The position numbers and the translations under genes are program-made. From the NCBI GenBank assembly GCA_951406725.2, contig OX597817.1, forward strand, positions 55,552,001-55,616,000: a stretch of 64,000 bases of DNA, in the 5' to 3' direction. This stretch comes from Octopus vulgaris (lineage: Eukaryota). The number at the start of each line of letters is the position of its first letter. The stretch's first letter is position 1. Below, in pieces: positions 32,045-44,557 of this stretch. The notes under the pieces are model-generated. The model was not told the origin of the DNA. It saw only the letters and a program-made list of their open reading frames with translations, and ran no database searches.

Positions 32045-32227
32045 TACATATATATGAGTATATATACATATATGCATATATACTTATATACATATATTTA
32101 AATATACATACATATATATACATACATACATATATACATACATATACATATATATATATATATATATATACATACATACATATATATACACACACATACA
32201 TATATATATATACACACAGACACACAG

Positions 32228-32258
<31 letters not shown>

Positions 32259-32964
32259 GGGATAATATAAACACATAGACACACTTACATACAGACTCAC
32301 ACACACAGTGTCCACCTTTAACCCGATCAACGCAAATAACGAAGATGAACAACAAAATACAAAGACCAACAGCAACATCAACAAAAACAAATATGAATAA
32401 AGATTAAAAACAAACCAAAAATGTTAGACACAAAAAAAAGGAATAAAACCAGCCTTGAAGCTAACGAGAATTCCATAAGTTGCTGCGATATTAAAATTAT
32501 CCAATGACAGAGGAATGATGCGGAAATAGAATTTGTACCAAAGGCTATTGAGAGAGTGCAACAAACGACACAAAGTAAATGCTTCACGTGGGTTTTCGTG
32601 TATAAAGTCTTGTACACACAGACACAATTATACAAAAATATACAAAAACTAATCAGAAAGGCATAAATTTGATTTTTCTGTGATTAGTCGGACTGGTTCT
32701 ATCGATAGATTGGCGTCAATGTAAAGAAGAATAGAATACGTAATTGGCGGAGAGTTTAATCTTTTATGTGAAAGATTCGGTTTTTTTTTTTACACTTATT
32801 TCTTCAATAGCTTCCCTAAAACTTGTAATGTTTCGCACACTCGACATCATCCACAGAATGAGTGGACGAAATGCTAGCTGTGACATATCAAAGTTGCGTT
32901 TTGTAGAGGGCTGCGAAGGATCAAGACACTAAAGCAACATTTATATACCTTGTATATATATATA

Positions 32965-33356
32965 TCTTTATATATAAAACTGTAGTTGTGTGAGTGTCTG
33001 TCCCCTTCGATTTAGATTCCTAACTACTCCCACATTTTGCGGTGCAGTTTAACCAAAACCGGGTATCTTATAGTCGTGATTCATATCGAGCCCTTCTAGG
33101 TATTAGCGCGCGTCTATGATGAGTCTACGATTTAAAAAAAAATTTACCATCATTTTTTCCATTTTAATGCATATTTTTTTAAAGGGAAGTAACTCTCTAA
33201 AAATGTCTACGATGAGTCAACGATTTTTAAAAAAATTACCATCATATTTTTTCCATTTTTAATGCATTTTTTTGCTATTTTTTGGCTATAACTCTCTAAA
33301 AATGCTGTATAGTTATTTCCCTTACAAACCCGAGCAACGCCGGGCGATACTGCTAG
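32965..33356 (+). mobile_element. Non-autonomous Helitron
   Basis: 5' A|TCTTTATATATAAA, 3' hairpin CCCGAGCAACGCCGGG followed by CTAG|T. No TSD. Confidence 0.85.
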
Positions 33357-33413
<57 letters not shown>

Positions 33414-33416
33414 ACT

Positions 33417-33471
<55 letters not shown>

Positions 33472-33989
33472 TTTGAATATCTGTGTGAAATTTCTTGATG
33501 CAGTTTTTCAGTATAAAGAAGATTGTTTAAAAAATTTTTTTTTTTTAAATGTTATAAAATCTTTTGGGATAAAGTTTTTTCGTAATGTGTGCGAGTGCCT
33601 TCCATTAACATTCTGAAACATACGTGCTCTTTGCTAATGTATGAAAGAGGAAGTTGTTAATTTTTTGTAGTAGCGTTGGTCTTAATTATTTCCGGTTTAC
33701 TTTCGGACTTACAGATTTCATGAATTATTCTTCCTTTGTCTTTCGTCTTTCATAGTTGGTTATAAATATTCTTTCACCATTGTTTATTATATGAAATGTT
33801 GGCTATTTTCGGTTTAATTTCAGATTTAGAATTCTTATAAGGTAGTCTTTTTTTGCATTTCGAAGATGAACATTTTCGTCGTTTATTTTGTTAAATGAGA
33901 ATATTTCAAATTATCCATTTGCTCAGATATGTAACTGCTCACCGCATTGGACATCCATACATACATACATACATACATACATACATACA

Positions 33990-34023
<34 letters not shown>

Positions 34024-34061
34024 CGTACATACATACATACATACATACATACATACATACA

Positions 34062-34413
34062 TGATGGCTGCCCCCTTGATATCGAGTATAGCCATTGCAC
34101 GAAGCTTAACTGTTATTGGTGCTGTGATTGAATGTGACTTTTTAGCCCAGCTAAAGATCTACAATGTCTTGTACAGAATTGGCAGTTAAAACCTTTACCG
34201 GTAATAGCCGGCTGTTGATGTAACTGGGCTTCATGTACCTTTGCATGTCGTTTAAGTCCTCCTGCCGAATTACACTCTCTTCCACATGCCTTACAGATAT
34301 GATTAGTATGGTGTGCAACACCACCACCAGTGGCAAGGTTGTCACTCATCTGTCTCGCTTTATGACTACGAAGATGACTCTTGAGTCCAGCTTTACTGAG
34401 GCTGGCTGTAGCT
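34062..34413 (-). mobile_element. RTE-clade LINE 3' end encoding C2H2 zinc fingers
   Basis: ORF 34113-34481 contains SKAGLKSHLRSH, CKACGRECNSAGGLKRHAKVH and CQFCTRHCRSLAGLKSHIQSQH. A short 3' UTR runs into a (GTAT)n tail. Confidence 0.7.
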
Positions 34414-34831
34414 TTAAAAAAACATGCATGCATAAATACATACATACATACATACATACATACATACATACAGACATACATACATACATATATATATAGA
34501 TATATGTAAGAGTGTATAGTAGCTTGGGAAAGAAGAATGTAAATGAACAGATATACATCTCATTCAGTGTAGGTTTTGGTGAAAGTCTTACAGAACTTGG
34601 ATCAAGTACAATAATGCAGTGAATGCGTAGGTGAGTGAGATAGTGTGACAGAGATACTTTTGAAAGTCTGTGTGTGACAAGGTATTAAACAGACGATAAC
34701 GAAAATGGAGAGAAAAAATAGTAAATACACCAATATAATGCCAAAAAAAAAATGAAACTAAAACTAACATCAATAATCGACTTTGTTGAATCGGAATGTT
34801 TTCTCTCGAAGATTTAGTAATAATAATAACG

Positions 34832-34899
<68 letters not shown>

Positions 34900-35107
34900 T
34901 ACAAAGCAAATACAAATATTAAGATACACACATGCACAAAAGAAAAAAAAACAGGAACACCATAGTTAATCTTCATTCTCCATTGACCTTTATAAATATT
35001 ACTCACACACAGACCCACACACACGGGCATACAAACATTTAATTATATATATGCATATGCACATATGTACATGCATGCTTATCTATCTATGTCATTCTAT
35101 CTATCAA

Positions 35108-35158
<51 letters not shown>

Positions 35159-35323
35159 CGGTGTGTGAGCGAGTGTTTGCGTCATTTGCGACAAGAAATT
35201 GTATGTGCTTAATCCATCTGAGAGAATCTCAGATAATCCATTGAGACAACGAAAGTAACATGTGCTATTAATGGTTGGATGTCTGTCCTTCCAGTTTTGC
35301 TGATTCGCTCAGACTTAAACCAC

Positions 35324-35373
<50 letters not shown>

Positions 35374-35375
35374 TC

Positions 35376-35429
<54 letters not shown>

Positions 35430-35568
35430 CTTCTCTCTCTCTCTCTCTCTCTCTCTGCCTGTCTCTCTCTCTCTGTAAACTACACCAAAAATTTGTTTCG
35501 TTTAATCATACAATATGAGCATACGAGCAATCGTATAAATGTAAAAACACGCACATAATATGAGTATG

Positions 35569-35638
<70 letters not shown>

Positions 35639-35814
35639 GAGAGAGAGAGGGATACTATATATATAAATATATGTATATGTATATATATATTTATGTATGT
35701 ATGTATGTATGTATGTATGTATGTATGTATGTATGTATGTATATATGTATGTATGTAGGCATGTATCGAAGCACCACTAATAGTGTTAACATTATTGATG
35801 TGAAATACTTAAAC

Positions 35815-37215
35815 GCTTACTATCTGCGAACCTTCGTCCAAGGGAAGACCATTTAAGACATAGCGATATAAAGAGCACTTTATGCTTCAGAACCAGGGGA
35901 AAGAAATCGTCCAGGGTATAATCACTGGATGTTAAACCACAGACTGAATGCGCTTACATGCAACGTATTAAAATGTTCTGTAGACTCTACGAATACTAGC
36001 GGATTTCTCTATGAATTTCAGGTAAAAGAAGTCCTGTATGATAGCATCTGGTAGCTGATAACGACAAGGAGCTTTGACAAACGTGCTTATAACACAAGAG
36101 AGCCAGAATGAGACGAGCAGGCTGGTGGAAACAAGTTAGTGTAGGGATGTGTCGAACAACATTTGAAAAACAAAGCTGTTCTTCACGAAGTGAAAAAGCA
36201 TTGTAGGAGCCTGGCAACAGTATGGCTTGATTTTAGGAATGCATTTGATGCTATTACGTGACAGCTGAAGTGTCTACATTTAAGAAAAGTACATGGTATC
36301 TTAACTGACTGCCGTTGAGAGGCTCACAAAGACCTCGGCAACAGTTCTTACACTTAAAACTGAGAGCGGAATGATTGTCTCCAATGTTAAATATTTCACT
36401 GGTAATATTCCATGGAGAAAGGCTTTCTGTAATGCTCTTCACTTTAGTAATGAATCCATTTACATTCCTGTTACAAAGAACAAATGGCTACATGCTGTAA
36501 TCTGCAGCTGCTAGCGATATTAATGTAAACCACCATTTTTTTGTGTATGACCTCAAGATTTATGCTAGAAAGGTGAACAATTCCAAAATCAGCTGGAAAT
36601 TGATGACAATAGTTTCAGCTGACATAGGAATGGAATTTGGTCAAAACAAACGTTAATATTTGATTGTTGAACGTGGAAAATGAGTGGCCCTGACCTAAAA
36701 CCTGTGCATCAATTCTCTCACTATCACTCCTGTCTCACACAAAGAATGCTCAATACTTGGGTATCGATGAAAATATATATTAATGAACTGTGAATAAAAA
36801 TAGTGATCAAAGAATGTTATGCCAGACTTAGAAAAATATGGCAGTCGGAATTACCGCCTTACAACAAAAAAACATCCAACAATGGATTTCTAAAACCAGT
36901 GCTGATTCCAACGTTTGTGATGCTTGACAAGTTTGGAGAATATATCCACACCATAGACTTTAAAACCCCAAGATGCTCTCATAAACTGGAATTCTCTACA
37001 GAAATAGTAGTAACGGCAATCTCTACATAAAGAACACTAAATGTGGTAGAAACTTTCGAAAGCCTTATAGTTCCACCCAGGCAGCACTTGCTAAACAACA
37101 GCAGCAAGTCTATAGGCATTAACTTCTTGCTGATCAGTAAAGAGTACGATATCCTGCGTGTCGGCAGTGAGCTCCTCAGGAAACACTCTCTGACTTCCTG
37201 TGATGACCTCGAATA
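35815..37215 (+). mobile_element. Decayed R4/Dong-like reverse transcriptase region
   Basis: Colinear RT motifs: VWLDFRNAFDAI, IFHGERLSVMLFTLVMNPF, NHHFFVYDLKIYA, DIGMEFGQNK, QYLGIDEN, ECYARLRKIWQSEL..NK. Many stops and frameshifts. Confidence 0.85.
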
Positions 37216-37308
37216 AGATATATAAATATAAATAAATATGTGTGTGTGTGTGCTTCTCTCTCTCTTTCTCTCTCACTCTCTTTCTCTCTCTCTGTCTCTC
37301 TCTCTGTC

Positions 37309-37410
<102 letters not shown>

Positions 37411-37462
37411 TATAGACATATAATTATATATGTATATACATATACAGACAAATATATATATA

Positions 37463-37849
37463 CTAGCAGTATCGCCCGGCGTTGCTCAGGTTTGTAAGGG
37501 AAATAACTATAAAGCATCTTTAGAGAGTTATAGCCAAAAAATAGCAAAAAAATGGAAAAAAAAATGATGGTAAATTTTTTTTGAGAGTAAAAAAAGGTTG
37601 AGTTGCGTCCCCTAGACAGTCTGTGGTTTGTTTTTTTTTATTCTCGACCCCATGTCGAATTTATCGATTTTTTTCAGAACTGGGGGAACTTTTCAAAATT
37701 TTCGCTGCGTTAGTTTTGAATTATGACATTGGGCTATGCGTGTGTCAAGTTTCATCAGAATCGGTTGAAAGCCGTGGTCAGGGTGAGGGTACGAGAAAAC
37801 AGACACACAGAAACACGCACAGACAAACTGCCGTTTATATATAGAGAGA
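37463..37849 (-). mobile_element. Non-autonomous Helitron
   Basis: Minus strand starts TCTCTCTATATATAAAC and ends GCAACGCCGGGCGATACTGCTAG|T. The 3' end matches the element at 32965-33356. Confidence 0.85.
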
Positions 37850-37951
37850 TATATATATTTATATATATATACATATACTTATACGGACATATAATTATAT
37901 ATATATACATATAAATATATATATGTATATGTATTTTTATATATATATATG

Positions 37952-38021
<70 letters not shown>

Positions 38022-38642
38022 CATTTATGTACGAATGTATACACATTACGGAATGTTGCTGTATATATCATCACGTTCGCTGTTTGTATTTCCGCATATT
38101 GCATATTTCTATAACAATCTAAGCGGACGCTAGCAATGCCGGATTCAGACGTCATAATATTAAAAACGCAAAATTGATAATAAATGTATCTGGGGTGACA
38201 ATGACAAACCGAAGCCCTTTAACATCCAGTTATAGATTACAGAATATTCTGGATACACTCCAGAACCTCTGAATATAGGGGATCTGTGTGTGGCTCTGTA
38301 GGGGCTGGACTAAAGTCGATGGAGGTAGTATTGGAGACGATGACTACGAAGTTGCTGCTGGTGGTGGTGGTGGTGGTGAAATATGCTTCGTGTGTGTGTG
38401 TGTGTGAGTGTGTGTGACAATGTGTGTGATAATGTGTGTCTGTTTCAGTTTGAAATGGAATGAGGTCAGGGGTCAGGGGTTAGGAGAAATTATTTGGAAG
38501 AAGATATGATAATGAAAGAGGAAACGACTAATCCAGTTGATGGCTGATTTGTGACTTACAACACTCTATCTGCTGTCTTGTCTGTTTCATGCTTTTTACT
38601 GCCACCTACATATACACATCTCTCTCTCTATCTCTCTCCCTC

Positions 38643-38705
<63 letters not shown>

Positions 38706-38714
38706 CTGTACATA

Positions 38715-38877
38715 TATATATATATATATTGAAAGAGATAGATATACAGATAGGTAGATAGATAGATAGATTGATAGATGGATGTATAGATATATAGGTA
38801 TGTATATATGTATATATATATATGCACATGTTTATATGAGGAAAAGAGGGAGAGGTTGTATGAGTCTGTGTGTGTAT

Positions 38878-38928
<51 letters not shown>

Positions 38929-39065
38929 ATGTATACATATTGAGAGAGAGAGAGAGAGAGATACATATTGATAGATTGATAGATAGATAGGTATATATAT
39001 ATATGTATATATGCACGTTTATATGAGTGAAAGAGGGAGACGTTGTATCAGTGTATGTGTGTATC

Positions 39066-39137
<72 letters not shown>

Positions 39138-39140
39138 ATG
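38715..39140 (+). repeat. About 190-bp diverged tandem duplication of a microsatellite-rich unit
   Basis: ATGCAC.TTTATATGAG.GAAAGAGGGAGA.GTTGTAT..GTGTATCATACATAC recurs at about 38822 and 39011. Confidence 0.75.
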
Positions 39141-39438
39141 AATGTATATTCAAATACAAACACACACACACTGAAACGGTGAGCTAGCAACCAGTCAGTC
39201 AGTGGATACAAACATAATTAGTTCAGTAACGTATGGATTGATAAAGCTTTGATTGGAGGTTCTCCCTCAGAAATGGAAACGACACAACTTCGTTATTTCA
39301 ATGGGTGATTACATGCTTATTAAAATGGAGTAAGAACGCGCGCTCACGCACGCACACATAGACACGTAGACACTGACACATCCCTTTATATAAAAATATA
39401 TGTATGCATACATATATACACCCAGACATACATACATG

Positions 39439-39496
<58 letters not shown>

Positions 39497-39525
39497 TATT
39501 TATATATGTACATATATATATATAC

Positions 39526-39600
<75 letters not shown>

Positions 39601-40231
39601 TCGGTGTGTATATCAGTCTGTGTGCTTGTATGTACGCGGCTTGACATGGTAGAAGCAGCTAGAGCTATATTGGAATGGCAGCGACAGATTTAAACTGGAA
39701 AAGTTGGCACTGATAAATGAAGAAATTTGCCAATTCACTGACATCTAACTAAGTCATTTCAGCCTGAATTAAACCATTTCAACGGATCCAAAACCAAGAT
39801 TATCAAACTCTCACCATAGCTAGGAGAAGTGTGTATTTGTGTGTTAGCGAGTAAGAATGTGACATGTAGTGGAACAAACTCATTTGTCATTGGGTCGAAA
39901 GTGAAAGTGAAAGTTAAAAGAAAGGCACTATGGATGGAGCATATTTAAATTGGCTGAGAGGAAGAGGAAGTGAGAAGAGGTAGAATTGCAATGCAAAAGA
40001 GAGGAAAGAAGGAGACATAAGAAGAGAAGTGTTGAGGAGGGAAAGAGATTCTTAATGTAATGTGATATGATTTAACAAGAGTGTTTCGAGGGCGGCGGGA
40101 AGAGGAATTTTGTAATTACGTGTGTGTATGTATGTGCGTACGTTTGGACGTGTGTGAGTTCGTGCGTATGGATGCACAGATACATGTATATGCATACTAA
40201 GATGCATATATACATAAACATACATATATAG

Positions 40232-40286
<55 letters not shown>

Positions 40287-40357
40287 TATATACATATATA
40301 CACACATACATACATACATACCTATATATATGAATGTATGCATGCGTACGCGTATAT

Positions 40358-40436
<79 letters not shown>

Positions 40437-40905
40437 CATACACACACATACACACACACGCGCACACACTCATCGGAGTGTAATTACGATTATGTATGAT
40501 TAAGAATGAAACTTTGAAATAATCGGATTTCCTTTCGGCGTAGGATGTCCTGTAGACTATTGGGATTTCACTGGTGCTAAATGGTAGCAGTATTTTTGAC
40601 ATCACTGGCCAAACATAATAAATTTTGCCGAATGGTTGAAGCGAATAATTACTTGGAAACAATTATGCATTTTTGTTGGATGATATACACGTATGCACAC
40701 AGACACACAGGCACACACACGCACATTTACATATGTAGAATGCCTGCATATATTGACACAGATTTCAACACACGTATCTTCTCAAAGACACACCCGTATG
40801 CATTCGAAAGCGCATACATATGTTTATACGCACAGAAACTAACACACACAGCTGCATAGAGTTATATGTATCCGTGAATGACAGAATATATATATATATA
40901 TATAT

Positions 40906-41824
40906 AGCAATATAATTCTCTAAAAGAGATATATATGCACATATATATACTTACATATATATGTACACACACACATACATACACACACACACATGGTTTC
41001 AAGGTGTATTGCCTACTCATATATTCTCACTCTATATATATATATATATATAAAAGAGATATAGACAGTAACTGCTCGATAACATAAGGGACTAAAGCCA
41101 TCTGAATATGGCTAGGGACAGGGCAGGGTGGTGGGGGTGTTACTGTTGCATTTAGCTCCAGGCGAACATCGACGTTACCAGAAAGGCCCGACACCGTCAC
41201 GGTGTCCTTTAACCTGCAAAGGGAGGTAATTCCCCGATGAAGCGGAAACCACACACGGACCATGGTTTCAAGGTGTATTGCTTTCAAGGTGTGTGATTTC
41301 CGCTTCATCGGGGAATTACCTCCCTTTGCAGGTTAAAGGACACCGTGACGGTGTCGGGCCTTTCTGGTGACGTCGATGTTCGCCTGGGGCTAAATGCAAC
41401 AGTAACACCCCCACCACCCTGCCCTGTCCCTAGCCATATTCAGATGGCTTTAGTCCCTTATGTTATCGAGCAGTTACTGTCTATATCTCTTTTAGAGAAT
41501 TATTATTGCTTTCGAACAGATTTTCGAAATCAGCAAATGTATTTTGCTTGAAAATCTATATATGAATATACTGCAGAGTGAGAATTCGTCGAGGAAGCGG
41601 AAGCCTACCACACGCCGACGATAGGCAATACACCTTGAAACCATGGTCCGTGTGTGGTTTCCGCTTCATCGGGGAATTACCTCCCTTTGTAGGTTAAAGG
41701 ACACCGTGACGGTGTCGGGCCTTTCTGGTGACGTCGATGTTCGCCTGGGGCTAAATGCAACAATAACACCCCCACCACCCTGCCCTGTCCCTAGCCATAT
41801 TCAGATGGCTTTAGTCCCTTATGT

Positions 41825-41827
<3 letters not shown>
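40906..41827 (+). mobile_element. Retrozyme / Penelope-pLTR-like element: 361-nt monomer, about 1.5 direct copies plus inverted copy and fragments
   Basis: 41289-41466 repeats at 41650-41827 (offset 361). 41051-41256 is the reverse complement of 41289-41494. Contains a hammerhead and sits in (TA)n. No coding capacity recognised. Confidence 0.8.
41594..41667 (+). ncRNA. Minimal type I hammerhead ribozyme (U4C core variant)
   Basis: Stem I CACACG 41609-14 / CGTGTG 41649-54, extended by GAAGCGGAA / TTCCGCTTC. Core CCGACGA 41615-21. Stem II AGG-CAATACA-CCT with U.U closing pair. GAAA 41637-40. Stem III C-CATG-G. GTC cleavage triplet 41646-48. Confidence 0.8.
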
Positions 41828-41862
<35 letters not shown>

Positions 41863-42199
41863 CATATATATGCACATATATATACTTACATATATATGTA
41901 CACACACACATACATACACACACACACACACGCACTCATATATATATATATATATACACATATATATATATGTGTGTGTGTGCATGCTCATAGTCAGAAG
42001 TACATATATGGAGATAGAAATTACACAAACACACACACACACACGCGCGCACGCATGCAAGTGCATGCATTCACTCACAGCACACCTATAAACAAATCAA
42101 GCAAACATACAAACAGAAATATTCCAGCAAAATCTTTTTTAAAACAAAAACGCAGCATAGGAAGAATTGAAATTCCAAATAATACGAAAGAAAAACAAG

Positions 42200-42211
42200 T
42201 TAATAATAATG

Positions 42212-42288
<77 letters not shown>

Positions 42289-42304
42289 TATAATAATGAT
42301 GATG

Positions 42305-42335
<31 letters not shown>

Positions 42336-42515
42336 TAATAATAATAATGATAATAATAATGAGGAGGAGGAAGAGGATGATGAGGAGGTGGAAGAGGTTT
42401 ATGATGATGATGATGATGATGATGATGATAATGGTTATGCTGCTGCTGCTGATGATGATGAGAAAAATAATAATAACAACAATAATGATGATGATGATAA
42501 TAATAATAATAATAA
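42200..42515. repeat. Compound (TAA)n/(GAT)n/(GAG)n microsatellite
   Basis: Directly visible. Confidence 0.95.
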
Positions 42516-43043
42516 ACTGAAATACTTGTTGATGTGAAAAATGCCACCAACCTCATATGTTGTTACATAAACACACACACACACCTACACACACACACAC
42601 ACACACAAATGCACTCAAACACTCTGAAGAACACTCCCGCATACACAAGCCGTGTTACACTCGTATTCTCAGACATGCGCACAGAATCATATTCTCATCC
42701 ATTTAATAAAGCAACACTTAAAATTTACAAACACATATGCTGTAGATGTTATATAAAATACACTCACATCCGTATATACACATACAAGAGTACATGGATG
42801 GCTCTCTCAACGATTTAGTGCCGTGCTTCCTAGCGGCTTCCTCCTCGTAAGAGTATAGTTACCCCACGTGGGCATAGTAAATATCAGTAGAACAGGATAG
42901 GAGGCGCTGGGTGATTCATATTTTACTACTACGAGATTTTTATTTAATTTACAAGAACTTCGTTAAAATGTTGAAAAGTTTGGACGAACCTTGCTGCAAA
43001 TTAATTACATTATTTAAATCTTCAGTAATATTTTCTGTAAGAT

Positions 43044-43280
43044 AGGCGCATGAGTGGCTGTTTGGTAAGTAGCTTGCTTTCTAGCCATATGGTTCCGGGT
43101 TCAGTCCCACTGCGTGGCTCCTTGGGTAAGTGTTTTCTACTATAATCTCAGGCCGACCAAAGCCTTATGAGTGGACTTGGTAGACGGAAATTGAAAGAAG
43201 CCCATCGAATATATGTGTGTCTGTGTTTGTCCCTCTCCTACCATCGCTTGAAAACCGATGCTGGTATGTTCTCGTCCCCG
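43044..43280 (+). mobile_element. SINE family B, 3' truncated
   Basis: GGCGCATGAGTGGCTGTTTGGTAAG head, GGTTCAGTCCC B-box-like motif and conserved body. Confidence 0.85.
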
Positions 43281-43518
43281 GAACATGCGCCCAACAATGT
43301 GTTTTTTTTTTCTTTTTTTTCATATTAAGCTCTGATATAATCTGTGTCTAAACAAACTTTAATTCCATCAAAGGATATCTATTTTCTGAGTCTGGAAAGG
43401 AACACAATTTGAGAGGCCACACTTGTAGTTATGCCGATATAAGATTTCTATTGAGTTTTAAGTCTCTTGACAAACAGACACAGTTTATACTTTAAATGTG
43501 ATATGTATTCCGTTGTGG

Positions 43519-43710
43519 CGCACGGTCGTGAGATCGCGGTTTCGATTCCCAGACCGGGTGGTGCGAGTATTTATTGAGCGAAAATACCTAAAGCTCTACG
43601 AAACTCCGGCAGGGGGTGGTGGCGAACACTGATCTACTCTTTCACCACAACTTTCTCTCACTCTTTCTTCCTGTTGTACCTGTATTTCAAAGACCCAGCT
43701 TTGTCACACT
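43519..43710 (+). mobile_element. SINE family C fragment
   Basis: GGTTTCGATTCCCAGACCGGG..CTCTTTCACCACAACTTTCTCTCAC. Confidence 0.8.
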
Positions 43711-43828
43711 CATAAAGCAAAATATGTCGGATATTCTCCTTTGTCACTCCTGTTAAAATCGAACCTCAATGCGAGTGTGATAAATCAGAAGTTGATGCAA
43801 TTGAAAAAAACGCATTATTTATGGAATG

Positions 43829-43875
<47 letters not shown>

Positions 43876-43880
<5 letters not shown>

Positions 43881-43909
43881 TCTAGAATTTTTTGCTACCC
43901 TAAAATGTA

Positions 43910-43955
<46 letters not shown>

Positions 43956-43989
43956 TACATTTTAGGGTAGCAAAAAATTCTAGAAAAAT
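43876..43989. repeat. 114-bp perfect palindrome centred on (TA)n
   Basis: TTTTTCTAGAATTTTTTGCTACCCTAAAATGTATTAAT-(TA)n-ATTAATACATTTTAGGGTAGCAAAAAATTCTAGAAAAA. Confidence 0.95.
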
Positions 43990-44098
43990 TCTCCGCTACC
44001 AGCGGTCAAGTGAGAAAGAATAGATAGTCAATAGACTATATAATATACATTCAAATATATAAGGGATGGCCATAATAGGACATCCCTTATATGTTTGA

Positions 44099-44135
<37 letters not shown>

Positions 44136-44137
<2 letters not shown>

Positions 44138-44349
44138 CTCTTTACTCTTTTACTTGTTTCAGTCATTTGACTGCGGCCATGCTGGAGCACCGCCTTTAGT
44201 CAAGCAAATCGACCCCGGGACTTATTCTTTGTAAGCCCAGTACTTATTCCATCGGTCTCTTTTGCCGAACCGCTAAGTGACGGGGACGTAAACACACCAG
44301 TATCGGTTGTCAAGCAATGCTAGGGGGACAAACACAGACACACACAAAC

Positions 44350-44394
<45 letters not shown>

Positions 44395-44557
44395 TTTATA
44401 TCTACGGCAGGGTTCTTTCAGTTTCCCCGCACAAAGTATCGGTTGGCCCGAGGTTATAGTAGAAGACTTTTGCCTAAAATTGGACACAGTGGGAATGAAC
44501 CCGAAACCGTGTGGCTGGAAAGTAAGCTTATTACCACTTCAGCCCCACCCGCGCCTA
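44136..44557 (-). mobile_element. SINE family B, near full length
   Basis: Tail (AAAAGAGT)n, internal CA/TA microsatellite and tRNA-like head at about 44480-44557. Confidence 0.9.

Noticed and set aside
32860-32893. CACAG..ATGA..GAAA..CTGTG hammerhead-like pattern
   Set aside because: The core is not CUGANGA and stem II has only 2 bp.
41400-41450. Twister-like TAAC...GCCCTGTCCCTAGCC and group I intron-like GACTA/TAGTC
   Set aside because: No downstream GAGGG or P4 for twister, and the other group I core elements are absent.
41027-41993. Three ORFs sharing MVRVWFPLHRG...PPPPCPVPSHIQMALVPY
   Set aside because: They reflect the repeated non-coding monomer, and the related 63-kb element conserves helices rather than a reading frame.
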